DNA from: an uncultured Flavobacteriales bacterium
Lineage (GTDB): Bacteria; Bacteroidota; Bacteroidia; Flavobacteriales_C; GCA-002722245
DNA length: 60,898 nt
Assembly (NCBI GenBank): GCA_963933885.1
Contig: CAWVWF010000003.1
Location: 1 to 60,898 of the forward strand
Reading direction: 5' to 3'
Under the pieces are notes generated by a model. That model was not told the DNA's origin. It saw nothing but the letters and a program-made list of their open reading frames with translations, and made no database searches. A program made the position numbers and the translations under genes. Below are positions 1 through 10,129 of the stretch, one piece after another; the first letter of the stretch is position 1; the number at the start of each line of letters is the position of its first letter.

Positions 1-1444
1 GTTGTGTAATACTTCTTGAAGATTTTGAACCGTTCACACCATCATTGTCAAATGTTTCGAAGAAGTAAGACAGTTCATTTCCATTTTCAATCAAAAGAGA
101 TTTGAGGTTAATAGAATGGTTAAAGCTCTGTTGTAGTGCTAATTTTTTTATTGGGATAGAAATTCTTCCTGTTGTGTCTTTACTTTTGAAATGGAAGTAT
201 AAACTTCGAACACCATAATCATCTGAAACTAAACCTGAGTGGTATAACATCATTGGATTTATTGAATCATGAAAACTCTTTATTTTGATTTCTGGAAAAG
301 CATCCTTAATCACAGAAATTGAATAAGTAAGAGGTGCTTCGTTTAATTGATGTTGATTCTTAGCACTCAACGAATATTTAGTAGAATTAAGCACTTGTTT
401 TTTGAATGAAGTAAAGTCATTTTTAGGCTTAAGTAAAAAGGTAGTATCTGAAAAAGAAACTTGTAGATCACTTGTTTCTTTTGTTCTAATTTTCCATTCT
501 AATTTTGTCCCTTCTGGAACAACTAGATCTCCTGTTTTTGTAATTGTTTTATTTTCTTTATTAATGTATTTAGGAAAGCTGGCCAGAATAGAAATGTTTG
601 AAAGAACAGGCTTTTCTATTAACTCAAGTTTATAGTTTTTTGATAAAAAATCATCCGTCTTAATATTAAATAATTCTGTTTTCTGAAGGTTTCTAAACTG
701 AAAAACAAAAGTATTTTGTTCTGTTTTTTTAAAACGGAGCAACTGTTTACCTTGGATTATATAAACGTCTTTAGGAATTTGATCGCTAACAAACTTAATT
801 TTTAAATTAAAATTTTGATTTCTAAAAACATTTAAATCTTCATTTACAATTTGAAATTCAAAAGGATTGTCTGGCGCAAACTCTTCGTTATAATTAACAA
901 TTCTGTTTGTACCCGTAGCTATAATATTAGGATTAATTCCACTAATAATAACTACAAAAAGTAATGGGATTAGGGCCCATTTTGAAATCTTAGTAAGGTT
1001 TTGAAAGGATACCGCTTCTTTAAACTTAAAAGGTGCGATTGCATTTATTTTTTGTTCTATACTTGCTAGAACAAGTTCATTATTGTCACTTGTTTCGAGT
1101 TGTAATGTATTTGTTAGTCTATCACCAATTTCAGGAAAGTGTTCACCAATTTTTCTAGCGGCCTCTAAAGGAGTTATACTTTTAGCGATTCCTAATATTT
1201 TGGCTAAAGGAGTGAATACATTTTTAATACTTGATAATATTAGTATCCCAAGAAATGAATAAAATAAAACAGCTCTGAGATTTCCACTAAACCTAAATAC
1301 AAACTCAGAAAGAATGAAAAGTAGAAAAAGAGCTGTTGACCCGCTTAGTGTTATTACTAATCCAGTATATAGATCTCTTTGATAAAACCGTTTTGTGAAC
1401 GATTTTATATTTGAATGAAGTCTATGTAAAGGGTTGTTTTCCAA
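1..1444 (-). CDS. Large membrane-anchored protein, DUF4175-like; 3' part outside the window
   Basis: Not in the ORF track because it runs off the edge. TTG at 1444 gives MENNPLHRLHSNIKSFTKRFYQRDLYTGLVITLSGSTALFLL..., with N-terminal hydrophobic helices. Only both ends were translated by hand. It lies 5 nt after the stop of the 1450-2088 gene. Family call is from recall of this N-terminal pattern. Confidence 0.6.
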   Translation of the reverse strand, partial: MENNPLHRLHSNIKSFTKRFYQRDLYTGLVITLSGSTALFLLFILSEFVFRFSGNLRAVLFYSFLGILILSSIKNVFTPLAKILGIAKSITPLEAARKIGEHFPEIGDRLTNTLQLETSDNNELVLASIEQKINAIAPFKFKEAVSFQNLTKISKWALIPLLFVVIISGINPNIIATGTNRIVNYNEEFAPDNPFEFQIVNEDLNVFRNQNFNLKIKFVSDQIPKDVYIIQGKQLLRFKKTEQNTFVFQFRNLQKTELFNIKTDDFLSKNYKLELIEKPVLSNISILASFPKYINKENKTITKTGDLVVPEGTKLEWKIRTKETSDLQVSFSDTTFLLKPKNDFTSFKKQVLNSTKYSLSAKNQHQLNEAPLTYSISVIKDAFPEIKIKSFHDSINPMMLYHSGLVSDDYGVRSLYFHFKSKDTTGRISIPIKKLALQQSFNHSINLKSLLIENGNELSYFFETFDNDGVNGSKSSRSITQ

Positions 1445-1449
1445 TTTAA

Positions 1450-2088
1450 TTATAATATTCCGTATGTTAAATTCAGAGAAATAAACGAAGGATATAAGTC
1501 TTCATCGTTTACTAAGAAATCATCTTTTTCGAAATTGCTAATTAGTCCCCTTAAATATGCAACTCTAATCCCGCCAGGTCTTCCGTTGTAGCGCCACCTT
1601 AACCCAGCATGTACAACAGGTCCGAATGAATGGGAAACAATTTTTTGATTATTGTATAAAAAATAGGAAAGATTATAATTAATTCCTCCTCCAACAAAAC
1701 CACCAACATAATATTCGTCTTCTGGTGTAGATTGTGAACCAAGGTTAAGATCTACAACAGCAGGCAGGTCACTTGTAAAAGAAATAAATGTACCGCCAGA
1801 ACCAGATAATAAGTCAAAACCCATTTGAACAGGTACTCCAGCTGAAATACTAACCCAATCTTTTGGCGCTACAAAATTATATCTAGGAAAAGCACCCAAT
1901 GTATATATTACTGTATTAAAATTAGCAGGATGAATTCCATATTGGATACCAGCCATTCCATCTATTTTAATACCCTTATATTCATCGTATTTTACTTTAG
2001 AGTCGTCGTCATTGTTTTCATCCTGAACATCTTGAGCAGATGAAAATAAAGCCAGGCCAGATAGAATTGTAAATAGGAAGTATTTCAT
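1450..2088 (-). CDS. Hypothetical outer-membrane beta-barrel protein
   Basis: Track ORF 1450-2121. ATG at 2088 gives the signal peptide MKYFLFTILSGLALFSSAQ. Alternating beta-strand pattern, C-terminal ISLNLTYGIL. Confidence 0.65.
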   Translation of the reverse strand: MKYFLFTILSGLALFSSAQDVQDENNDDDSKVKYDEYKGIKIDGMAGIQYGIHPANFNTVIYTLGAFPRYNFVAPKDWVSISAGVPVQMGFDLLSGSGGTFISFTSDLPAVVDLNLGSQSTPEDEYYVGGFVGGGINYNLSYFLYNNQKIVSHSFGPVVHAGLRWRYNGRPGGIRVAYLRGLISNFEKDDFLVNDEDLYPSFISLNLTYGIL

Positions 2089-2190
2089 TTTTAAAGTTTT
2101 ATTGCACTTAGAACTCTCCAAGTTCCTAATTATTTTTCAAATAATTCAAAAGTGGAGCATAATAAGCATCATTTAAATGTTTCGAATTGT

Positions 2191-2198
2191 TAATTTTG
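2191..2198 (+). promoter_or_regulatory. Bacteroidota sigma70 -7 element for gltX
   Basis: TAATTTTG matches TAnnTTTG, 21 nt before the gltX ATG. Confidence 0.6.
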
Positions 2199-2219
2199 CA
2201 ATAGATAAAATCGAAGAAA

Positions 2220-3755
2220 ATGACGAAAGTTAGAGTTAGATACGCGCCAAGTCCAACAGGACCACAACATGTAGGAGGAATTAGAACTGCACTTTATAAT
2301 TATTTGTTCGCAAAAAAGTTAGGTGGAGATTTAATTTTAAGAATAGAAGATACAGATCAGGGTAGATTTGTAGAAGGAGCAGAGGAGTACATTGTGGAAA
2401 GTGTAAAATGGTGTGGATTTGATTTTGACGAAGGCGTACATAAGGGAGGTAAATTTGGCCCATATCGTCAATCTGACAGAAAGGAGATTTATGTTAAATA
2501 TGCGAATCAGTTAATTGATGAGGGAAAAGCATATTATGCATTTGATTCATCTGATGATTTAAATGCAAAAAGATCCGAAGCTGAAGCAGAGAAAAAAACA
2601 TTTAAGTACGATGCTTTTACGAGAGGTGGAATGAAAAATTCTTTGGTTTTATCTGCCGAAGAAACTAAGGCACTACTTGAAGCAGGAGAAGCTTATACAG
2701 TTCGTTTTAAAATGGAACCAGATCAAAATATTGTTGTAGACGATATGGTTAGAGGGAATGTTAGTTTTAATTCTTCTGAACTTGATGATAAGATAATTTT
2801 TAAAAGTGATGGAATGCCAACTTACCATTTGGCAAATATTGTGGACGACCATTTAATGGAAATCTCTCACGTTATAAGAGGGGAGGAGTGGTTGCCTTCA
2901 GCTCCATTACATGTTGCACTTTATGCTGCATTTGAATGGGATTCTCCAAAATTTGCTCATTTACCTTTACTAATGAAACCAACTGGGAAAGGTAAATTAA
3001 GTAAAAGGGATGGAGACATAGGTGGTTTTCCAGTTTTCCCATTAGAGTGGACAGACAAGGCATCTGGAGAAGTATTTAAAGGATATAAAGAAGAAGGGTA
3101 TTCACCAGAAGCTTTTTTAAATATAATGGCATTTTTAGGATGGAATCCCGGAACTGAACAAGAGTTGTTTTCTTTAGAAGAGCTTGTTGAGGCTTTTGAT
3201 ATAAGTAGAGTTGTTAAGTCTGGTGCTAAATTCGATCCAGACAAAGCAAGATGGTTTAACCAACAGTATTTATGGAAAAAATCTGACGCAGAACTTGCTG
3301 AAGAATTAGCAGAAGAGTTGGCAAAACAAGAAATTGTAAATCAAGTTGACCTGGAAAAAGTAGCTGCTCAAATGAAAGAGAGAGTTGTTTTTACAAAAGA
3401 CATTATTGACGCTGCGCCTTACTTCTTTGTTTCACCATCTGATTTTGATCAAAAGTCTGTAAAAAAGAAATGGAAAGATCATTCTGCTGAATTAGTAAAT
3501 AACTTAACAGCATTGTTTGAAGACGTTGAAGATTTTACTTCATTGGTTTTAGAAACAAAATTTAAAGCTTACCTAGAAGAGAATGAATTAGGTTTTGGAC
3601 CAGCAATGATTGGTTTAAGATTAGCAATTACAGGAATGGGGGGAGGGCCATCTCTTTTTGAAATAGCTGAAATTCTAGGAAAAGAAGAAACGATGGACAG
3701 GTTAAAAACTAATGTTTCTAAAATAGAAGCTTTCAAATTAGAATTGGCTTCATAG
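2220..3755 (+). CDS. gltX: Glutamate--tRNA ligase
   Basis: VRVRYAPSPTG, HIGH-like HVGG, LRIEDTDQ, HVIRGEEWL and KLSKR class I motifs. Confidence 0.97.
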   Translation: MTKVRVRYAPSPTGPQHVGGIRTALYNYLFAKKLGGDLILRIEDTDQGRFVEGAEEYIVESVKWCGFDFDEGVHKGGKFGPYRQSDRKEIYVKYANQLIDEGKAYYAFDSSDDLNAKRSEAEAEKKTFKYDAFTRGGMKNSLVLSAEETKALLEAGEAYTVRFKMEPDQNIVVDDMVRGNVSFNSSELDDKIIFKSDGMPTYHLANIVDDHLMEISHVIRGEEWLPSAPLHVALYAAFEWDSPKFAHLPLLMKPTGKGKLSKRDGDIGGFPVFPLEWTDKASGEVFKGYKEEGYSPEAFLNIMAFLGWNPGTEQELFSLEELVEAFDISRVVKSGAKFDPDKARWFNQQYLWKKSDAELAEELAEELAKQEIVNQVDLEKVAAQMKERVVFTKDIIDAAPYFFVSPSDFDQKSVKKKWKDHSAELVNNLTALFEDVEDFTSLVLETKFKAYLEENELGFGPAMIGLRLAITGMGGGPSLFEIAEILGKEETMDRLKTNVSKIEAFKLELAS

Positions 3756-3884
3756 TCCTCAGAAACGTTAATTAATCTTTAAATAGCTGTTTACTCATCA
3801 GGTTATAGAGTGAATAGCTATTTAACTGAATGTTGGTTCTGTATTGGTGTAAAAAACTATATTTACAGAACACGAACTCATTTT

Positions 3885-4400
3885 ATGAAATCTGTTTGCG
3901 AAGAAAAAAATTTCCAATCACTTTATAATCATCATATTAAAGAGGTAAGAAATTTCCTTTACTATAAGTGTGGTAATTATGATTTGTCAGATGACCTGGC
4001 TCAAGAGTCTTATATTAAAATGTGGGAAAATTGTGCTGAAGTTATCTTTGAATCAGCAAAGGGGTTTTTGTTCACGGTTGCTAATCGTCTATTTCTTAAT
4101 AAGGTTAGAAGAGATAAGGTAGAGTTGAATTTTATTAAGGAAAAACCTGCTTCTAAAAACAATGAAACTCCTGAGTTTTTAATGGAGGAAAACGAGTTTA
4201 AGTCTAAGCTTGAAGCAGCGATTTCGGCCCTTCCAGAGAAACAAAGAACCGTTTTTTTAATGAATAGAATTGATAGCATGCCTTATAAAGAAATAGCGTC
4301 TACTCTAGAAATAAGTGTAAAGGCAGTTGAAAAACGAATGGGTTTATGTTTGAAAACATTAAAGAATAATGTTGAGGAATTAAGAATGAGAAAAATATAA
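3885..4400 (+). CDS. ECF-type RNA polymerase sigma-70 factor
   Basis: Track ORF 3810-4400, ATG at 3885 preferred. Region 2 (DDLAQESYIKMW, FLFTVANRLFLN) and region 4 (LPEKQRTVFLM...YKEIASTLEISVKAVEKRM). Confidence 0.92.
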   Translation: MKSVCEEKNFQSLYNHHIKEVRNFLYYKCGNYDLSDDLAQESYIKMWENCAEVIFESAKGFLFTVANRLFLNKVRRDKVELNFIKEKPASKNNETPEFLMEENEFKSKLEAAISALPEKQRTVFLMNRIDSMPYKEIASTLEISVKAVEKRMGLCLKTLKNNVEELRMRKI

Positions 4401-4438
4401 AGTAGGGGTTTTTCAATCCAAACTGTTTTATCAATACA

Positions 4439-5332
4439 ATGAAAGAAGAAAATTCAAATATTATCTATTCTAAATGGCTTAATAATGAGCTAACCGAAGA
4501 AGAGGTCGTATCACTTAAAGACTCTGGCGATTTAGATACGTTACAAGATATTATTAACGAAGTTGATTCATGGAACACACCGGAAGTTCAATCTGATTTC
4601 GAAAGTTTAAAAAGTAAGATAGCTTCAAGAAAAACGAAAGGTAAGCTTATTTCTTTGTATCAAAAGTTAGCTATAGCGGCTAGTCTTTTACTTTTTGTTG
4701 GATTAGGTATTGGACTATTAAACTCAGAAACGGAGACTGTTTATGCTACTAATTTTGGAGAAGTTAAACAGATTACTTTTCCTGACGGAACAAAAGCTAT
4801 TTTGAACGGAAGTTCAACTTTAAGTTTTGTTGAAGATAATTGGAAAGAAGAAAGACTGGTAAAGTTAGACGGACAGGCGTTTTTTGATATTAATGTGAAA
4901 GGACAATTTGAAGTTGAAATAAACAACGGAACTATCAATGTATTAGGAACGAAATTCGATGTGTTAACCAATGATGAATATAACATCGTTAAATGTTTTG
5001 AAGGAAAAGTAGGTGTGAAAACACTTAAGATCGATGAAATAATTGTGAAGGGACAAGGTGTTGATTCCGAAAATAGAATGTTTAATATAGTTGAAAGAGG
5101 GGCAAATTGGACTAGTGACTATACAAAATTTGTGAATGCAAAATTAGTTGAAGTGTTAGGCGCGTTGTCTTTAAAACATGGGTTTCAAATAGATTATAAA
5201 AGTATAAAAATTGATCAGAAGAAATTTACAGGTCAATTTTCTAACTTAGATGCTGACTTAGCTCTTAAAATGGTGTTCAAGCCACTTGGTATTACTTATT
5301 CGGTTAAGGGTAAAAAGGTGGTTTTAAAGTAG
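4439..5332 (+). CDS. FecR-family anti-sigma factor
   Basis: Single TM helix, then TNFGEVKQITFPDGTKAILNGSSTL, LDGQAFF and VLGTKFDV. Directly follows the ECF sigma gene. Confidence 0.9.
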   Translation: MKEENSNIIYSKWLNNELTEEEVVSLKDSGDLDTLQDIINEVDSWNTPEVQSDFESLKSKIASRKTKGKLISLYQKLAIAASLLLFVGLGIGLLNSETETVYATNFGEVKQITFPDGTKAILNGSSTLSFVEDNWKEERLVKLDGQAFFDINVKGQFEVEINNGTINVLGTKFDVLTNDEYNIVKCFEGKVGVKTLKIDEIIVKGQGVDSENRMFNIVERGANWTSDYTKFVNAKLVEVLGALSLKHGFQIDYKSIKIDQKKFTGQFSNLDADLALKMVFKPLGITYSVKGKKVVLK

Positions 5333-5344
5333 AAGTTGCTATTT

Positions 5345-7918
5345 ATGAGAAACATATTTGTTAGCTTTTTATGTATGTTTTCTCTTGCTACAGTTGGGCA
5401 AAGAACTTCTTTACAATCTCAAATTGATACTATTGAAAAGCAGTTTAAAACTACTTTCTCTTATGATAAGACCTTAACTGAAGGAGTTAATGTTGATTCT
5501 GTTCAATTTAAGAAGCTATCTGAGGCTATTAATTTCCTTAATATTCATTCAGCTTTCGTATTTGAAAAGATAGATTCTTCTAATGTACTTGTTTCTCCAG
5601 TTGAGAATGGCAAGAATTTGTTGATCAAAGGAAAGTTAAAAATCATTGATAAAGGTCCAGCTATTGGAGGAACAGTTATTATTGAAAATCAAAATAGTAG
5701 TGTTGCAGTTGATATAGAAGGTAATTATACGATTAAGGGAGTATTAAATGATACTGATTCGATAGTCTTTCAGTTGATTGGATATGATGATTTAAAATTA
5801 CCAATTAGCATATGGAATAATGGTTCGCTAGATACATTCTTATTGGCAAGCTCTGTTAGTATAGATGATGTTATTATTAATTCTTATTTAACAAACGGTT
5901 TTCAATACAACCATAAAGACCAAAGCATAGATTTGAAGGTGGAGGATTTAGGTTTGTTACCAGGTGAAACTGAAATAGATATTTTAACTTCTATTCAGGC
6001 ATTACCAGGTATTAATAGTCCAACAGGAAAATCAGGAGATTTAGTAACAAGAGGAAGTGATCCAGATAAGACCTTGATTAGCTATGATAACATTCCAATT
6101 TATCACAAAGGACATTATTTTGGTACATTTTCACCTTTTAATACAGAGTTGATTAGTGACATTAAAATTCAAAGAAATGGAGGACAAGGATCAAACCGAG
6201 GCGGAAGAGTAGGCGGAATTATAGAGATTTCAACAAGAAATAAAATAGTAGATTCTGTATCTGCTTCTGCCGGAGTGGGAACATCTTATTATTCTGCTTC
6301 CGCAAATATCCCTATTGTAAAAAAGAAGTTTTCAGCGATAGTTGGGTTTCGAAAGTCTTATCCAGCAGCTTTTAATTCAATTAAAATTGATTCACTCAAT
6401 AGTTTTGTGTTTCAGAACACAAAGCTTGGAGCGGCCTTAATGGGGACACCAGTGATTGATTTAGTAGACTATAGTTTTAATTTTTGGGACGCGAATGCTA
6501 AGTTCATTTATCAGGTTAACAAAAGGCATAAACTAGAACTAACTGGGATAAGTATCTATAATCAGTTAATTGTAAGTCTTGGTGAATTGAACGAAGTTTC
6601 TACTGATACAATTACGTTATCTAATTGGGGTGTAAACCTTCAATTAAAGAGTAAATGGAATAAATCGTTTAGTTCAATTACGAGTTTAACAAACTCTGCT
6701 TATTTGGAAGATATAGGTGGTAATTCGGTAGTTAATAATGCAATAATTTCAACGGATGAATTTAGAAATGGAAGTAATGATTTCACTTTTAAAAATCTGA
6801 ACGAGTTTAACTTTAAAGAGCATCAAAAATTGAGCTTTGGATTTGAGTCTAATTATTACGATGTTACTAATGAGCAACACGCTTATTCTATTCAAAACGG
6901 GAAACAAGAATCTATTAAATCAGCAAAGGCGTTTTTACATTCGACATTTTTAGACTTTAAAAATTATCGAGCATTTAAGGTTTTCACTTTTTCTTTAGGA
7001 GGGCGAGCAAGTTATTTTACGGGAACAAATCATATGTATTTTGAGCCTAGAGTTTTGGCGAACTATCATTTGAATAATCATTTCACATTTAAGCTAAATA
7101 CAGGTAAATATCATCAATATATTAATCATATTTATGGAACAAGGATTAATAACCTTCAAGGTATAAACACTATTAATTGGCAACTTTCAAACGATAGAGA
7201 CAAGCCTGTTGTTGAGAGCACTCAAAGTGGTATAGGCTTTATTTGGGACAAGGACGACTGGGTAGTAGATGTAGAAGGTTATGCAAAGAAAACAAATCAT
7301 ATTAGCGCAGGAAATTATTTCACAGGAGACTCTACTATACGTTTAGTGCATGGTGGTTATAATACAATAGGAGCTGATTTTTTGATTAAAAAGAAGTTTA
7401 AAAACTTGGAGACTTGGCTGGGTTATAGTTATATGAATTCTGAGGCAAAGTTCGGAGATACAGAATTCAAGTACGTTTGGAATCAAACTCATCTTTTTAA
7501 TTTTGTTCTTGGATACAGTGTGAAGAATTTTAAAATTTCTACTGGATGGAAATATGTAAGTGGTTTTCTTAGTGATGATATTAGAATTAAGTTTTTGGAA
7601 GGTGCTTCAAGTTTTTTAATGAGAAATCCAACAAATTCTACCCAGCAAGAAACCTTAGTTGACGGAAGTGTTGAGGAATACGAAGAATCATTTCCAGACA
7701 ATCATCAAATGGATTTATCTGTATCATATTTTATCAAATCAAAGAATCAAAAATGGAAAATTATTTTTGGGGGCGCCATTACTAATGTTTATGATAATCG
7801 AATAATTATTTCTCAACTTACTCATCCAACTCCAGGGCCTCCAGGTAGTGTTATAAGAATAAACAAAACTGGTTTTGGAAGGTTATTTAACGCTACTGTA
7901 AAGGTTGTGTGGAAATAA
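5345..7918 (+). CDS. TonB-dependent receptor-like protein with N-terminal signalling and carboxypeptidase-regulatory-like domains
   Basis: Track ORF 5336-7918. Signal peptide, plug motifs (IQALPGI, LVTRGSDPDKTLISYDNIPIY, GGRVGGII), barrel ending GRLFNATVKVVWK. Third gene of a sigma/anti-sigma/receptor trio. Confidence 0.85.
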   Translation: MRNIFVSFLCMFSLATVGQRTSLQSQIDTIEKQFKTTFSYDKTLTEGVNVDSVQFKKLSEAINFLNIHSAFVFEKIDSSNVLVSPVENGKNLLIKGKLKIIDKGPAIGGTVIIENQNSSVAVDIEGNYTIKGVLNDTDSIVFQLIGYDDLKLPISIWNNGSLDTFLLASSVSIDDVIINSYLTNGFQYNHKDQSIDLKVEDLGLLPGETEIDILTSIQALPGINSPTGKSGDLVTRGSDPDKTLISYDNIPIYHKGHYFGTFSPFNTELISDIKIQRNGGQGSNRGGRVGGIIEISTRNKIVDSVSASAGVGTSYYSASANIPIVKKKFSAIVGFRKSYPAAFNSIKIDSLNSFVFQNTKLGAALMGTPVIDLVDYSFNFWDANAKFIYQVNKRHKLELTGISIYNQLIVSLGELNEVSTDTITLSNWGVNLQLKSKWNKSFSSITSLTNSAYLEDIGGNSVVNNAIISTDEFRNGSNDFTFKNLNEFNFKEHQKLSFGFESNYYDVTNEQHAYSIQNGKQESIKSAKAFLHSTFLDFKNYRAFKVFTFSLGGRASYFTGTNHMYFEPRVLANYHLNNHFTFKLNTGKYHQYINHIYGTRINNLQGINTINWQLSNDRDKPVVESTQSGIGFIWDKDDWVVDVEGYAKKTNHISAGNYFTGDSTIRLVHGGYNTIGADFLIKKKFKNLETWLGYSYMNSEAKFGDTEFKYVWNQTHLFNFVLGYSVKNFKISTGWKYVSGFLSDDIRIKFLEGASSFLMRNPTNSTQQETLVDGSVEEYEESFPDNHQMDLSVSYFIKSKNQKWKIIFGGAITNVYDNRIIISQLTHPTPGPPGSVIRINKTGFGRLFNATVKVVWK

Positions 7919-8058
7919 AATGTTCTAGGCTTTTTACAGGGTAGCAATATCAATCATTAAAGAAATCATATGTTCCTGTTGTCTAAATGCAGGAGTTTAG
8001 GTTGTAAAACGTCTTTTACTAGTGAATTAAATGATAACACAGATTAATATTAAACACA

Positions 8059-8088
8059 AAAAAGGGGAGCCAATTAGCTCCCCTTTTT
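8059..8088. terminator. Bidirectional intrinsic terminator
   Basis: AAAAAGGGGAGC-caatta-GCTCCCCTTTTT, a perfect 12-bp stem between convergent genes. Confidence 0.9.
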
Positions 8089-8106
8089 AATAAGTTATTT
8101 TATATT

Positions 8107-10092
8107 TTACTCTGGACAACCTCCATTTGATTCAGGCCCAGATCTGTAAGGACAGTCATCAAATACATCTGCTGTTCCATCTCTATCGGAATCTTTATCG
8201 GTACAACCTAAATGTTGTATATCTCCTTTGATCTCTGGACATCTATCGTCGTTATCGAAAATACCATCACCATCCGTATCAGGACAGCCTTTATTAGCAG
8301 CATCACCTGGTTTTTCTGGACAAGCATCTTTCCCGTCTGAAACACCATCACCATCACTATCAGGACAACCACCTAGTTTTCCAGGAGTGTTTGGACAAAG
8401 ATCTTTTGAATCAGGAACACTATCACCATCAACATCTGGACAACCGCCAAGTAATCCATAAACATCAGGACACGAATCTTGATAATCAGCAACACCGTCA
8501 TTATCCTTATCAGGACAACCGAATAGTTCAGAATCTCCAATTATATCAGGACACATATCAACGTTGTCACCAACACCATCTCCATCCTTATCAGGACAGC
8601 CGTTTACGAACCCTTCTACATCAGGACATTTGTCTTCATAGTCATTTGTTCCATCTCCATCAGAATCTAACTTAGAAAGCTTCCTTTTAAGCTTAGCGAT
8701 CTTTCTATCTTCTTTAGAAACCTTTGGTTTGTAACCAAACAATAAATTCATTCCAAATTGAACATTAAGGTTTTTAGCATAATCAATTTGAGTCCAACCT
8801 AATACGTTGTCAGAAACAGCATATAATTGAACTGGTCCAACATTAATTGCAGTTCCTAAACCAAAGTTATCATAGCTTCTGTTTAGCATTGAATAGCTAA
8901 CTATTGCTTGGAACCATTTCCCCAAAGCTGTTTGAGTTGTAATTGTTAGAGAGGGGTAGATACCACCATTAAAAACTTTTCCATTGAATAATGCTCCTGC
9001 TGTGAAAGTATTGTTCAATTTGTATTCTACACCAGCGTAAATGTTGGCAATTAGGTTGGTTGTGAATTGTTGATCACGTCTTTCTAGTCCAAATATATCA
9101 TTTATTGAATCCGCCAGTTGATCTGTGTACTCAGTTGAATCCGCCAGGTATTGTGTTAAATCAAGCCCTTCAAATTTAAACTCAGCTTTATTGTTAAAGT
9201 ATCTTCTTGCATCTGTTTTCCAAGTGATAAACCCTACATCGGTTACATTAAGCGTACTTGTAAATCTATCGTTTATTTTGTATTTCGCTCCAAGGTCAAT
9301 AGCAAAACCAATATTTTCGAAATTTGTAGTGTAAGAAGGAATTAATTCTTCTGGAGCTGGAAGTATAGAAGCAATTGCAAAGTCAAGCCCTTTGTCAGAA
9401 ACAAGTCCTGAACCTAAACCTGCTACTCTAACTCCAATTGAAGAAGTTGCTGTAATAGAATAATTAACAGGGTCAGTGTATAAAGTGATATCTGTTTGTT
9501 CATTATCGAAATGTGATAAACCTTGTAAGAATTTAAAACGCCCACCGATAGATAACTTGTCATTTACCTCTCTTGTATATCCTAAGCCATACTCTCTAAA
9601 ATGATTGAATCGAAAACCTGTTCCGTCAATAGAAATTTCATTCCCTAAAAACTCATCGTTTGCCGTACCTTTTGCCAGTAAAGTCATGAAGTTTTTTGAA
9701 TAATCTAATGCAAAGTTTACTCTTTCAGTTACGTTAAAACTGAAGTAATTTTTCTTTTTAACCTTAAATCCAAACGAAATAAAATCAACATTTAGTTGCT
9801 GAGATATAAAGTTGTTTTCACCTAATGCATCTAATAATTTATCCGGAGTAGCATAAGTCGTATCTCCTACTGTTTCGAATATATCAGATAACGTAAATCC
9901 GTTACTAATTGTACTCAAACTAACATTTGGAAGTAAAGGTGTAATAGCAATATGAAAGTTAGCTCTTTGCATTTGAGCTGGATTATTCCTCATACTCTGA
10001 GGAACGTAATCCATATTGTATAATGTTAACCCTTGCGCTATTAAGTTGGTCCCGGTTATAGCGAGGAATAAAGTAAATAAAATCTTTTTCAT
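8107..10092 (-). CDS. DUF5723-family outer-membrane protein with C-terminal thrombospondin type-3-like (DxDxDG...DxCP) repeats
   Basis: Signal peptide, YNMDYVPQSMRNNPA start, barrel ending VQFGMNLLFG, then about 7 DxDGDGVxDxxDxCP repeats. No OmpA domain follows. Confidence 0.8.
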   Translation of the reverse strand: MKKILFTLFLAITGTNLIAQGLTLYNMDYVPQSMRNNPAQMQRANFHIAITPLLPNVSLSTISNGFTLSDIFETVGDTTYATPDKLLDALGENNFISQQLNVDFISFGFKVKKKNYFSFNVTERVNFALDYSKNFMTLLAKGTANDEFLGNEISIDGTGFRFNHFREYGLGYTREVNDKLSIGGRFKFLQGLSHFDNEQTDITLYTDPVNYSITATSSIGVRVAGLGSGLVSDKGLDFAIASILPAPEELIPSYTTNFENIGFAIDLGAKYKINDRFTSTLNVTDVGFITWKTDARRYFNNKAEFKFEGLDLTQYLADSTEYTDQLADSINDIFGLERRDQQFTTNLIANIYAGVEYKLNNTFTAGALFNGKVFNGGIYPSLTITTQTALGKWFQAIVSYSMLNRSYDNFGLGTAINVGPVQLYAVSDNVLGWTQIDYAKNLNVQFGMNLLFGYKPKVSKEDRKIAKLKRKLSKLDSDGDGTNDYEDKCPDVEGFVNGCPDKDGDGVGDNVDMCPDIIGDSELFGCPDKDNDGVADYQDSCPDVYGLLGGCPDVDGDSVPDSKDLCPNTPGKLGGCPDSDGDGVSDGKDACPEKPGDAANKGCPDTDGDGIFDNDDRCPEIKGDIQHLGCTDKDSDRDGTADVFDDCPYRSGPESNGGCPE

Positions 10093-10129
10093 GGTCTTGT
10101 TGCTTGTGGTTGGCTAGTATGTTTTAATC

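Noticed and set aside
402-635. 77-aa plus-strand ORF
   Set aside because: It lies antisense within the long minus-strand gene starting at 1444.
8228-8675. Plus-strand ORFs with repetitive Ser/Pro/Gly or His/Gln sequence
   Set aside because: They are antisense shadows of the TSP3 repeats of the 8107-10092 gene.
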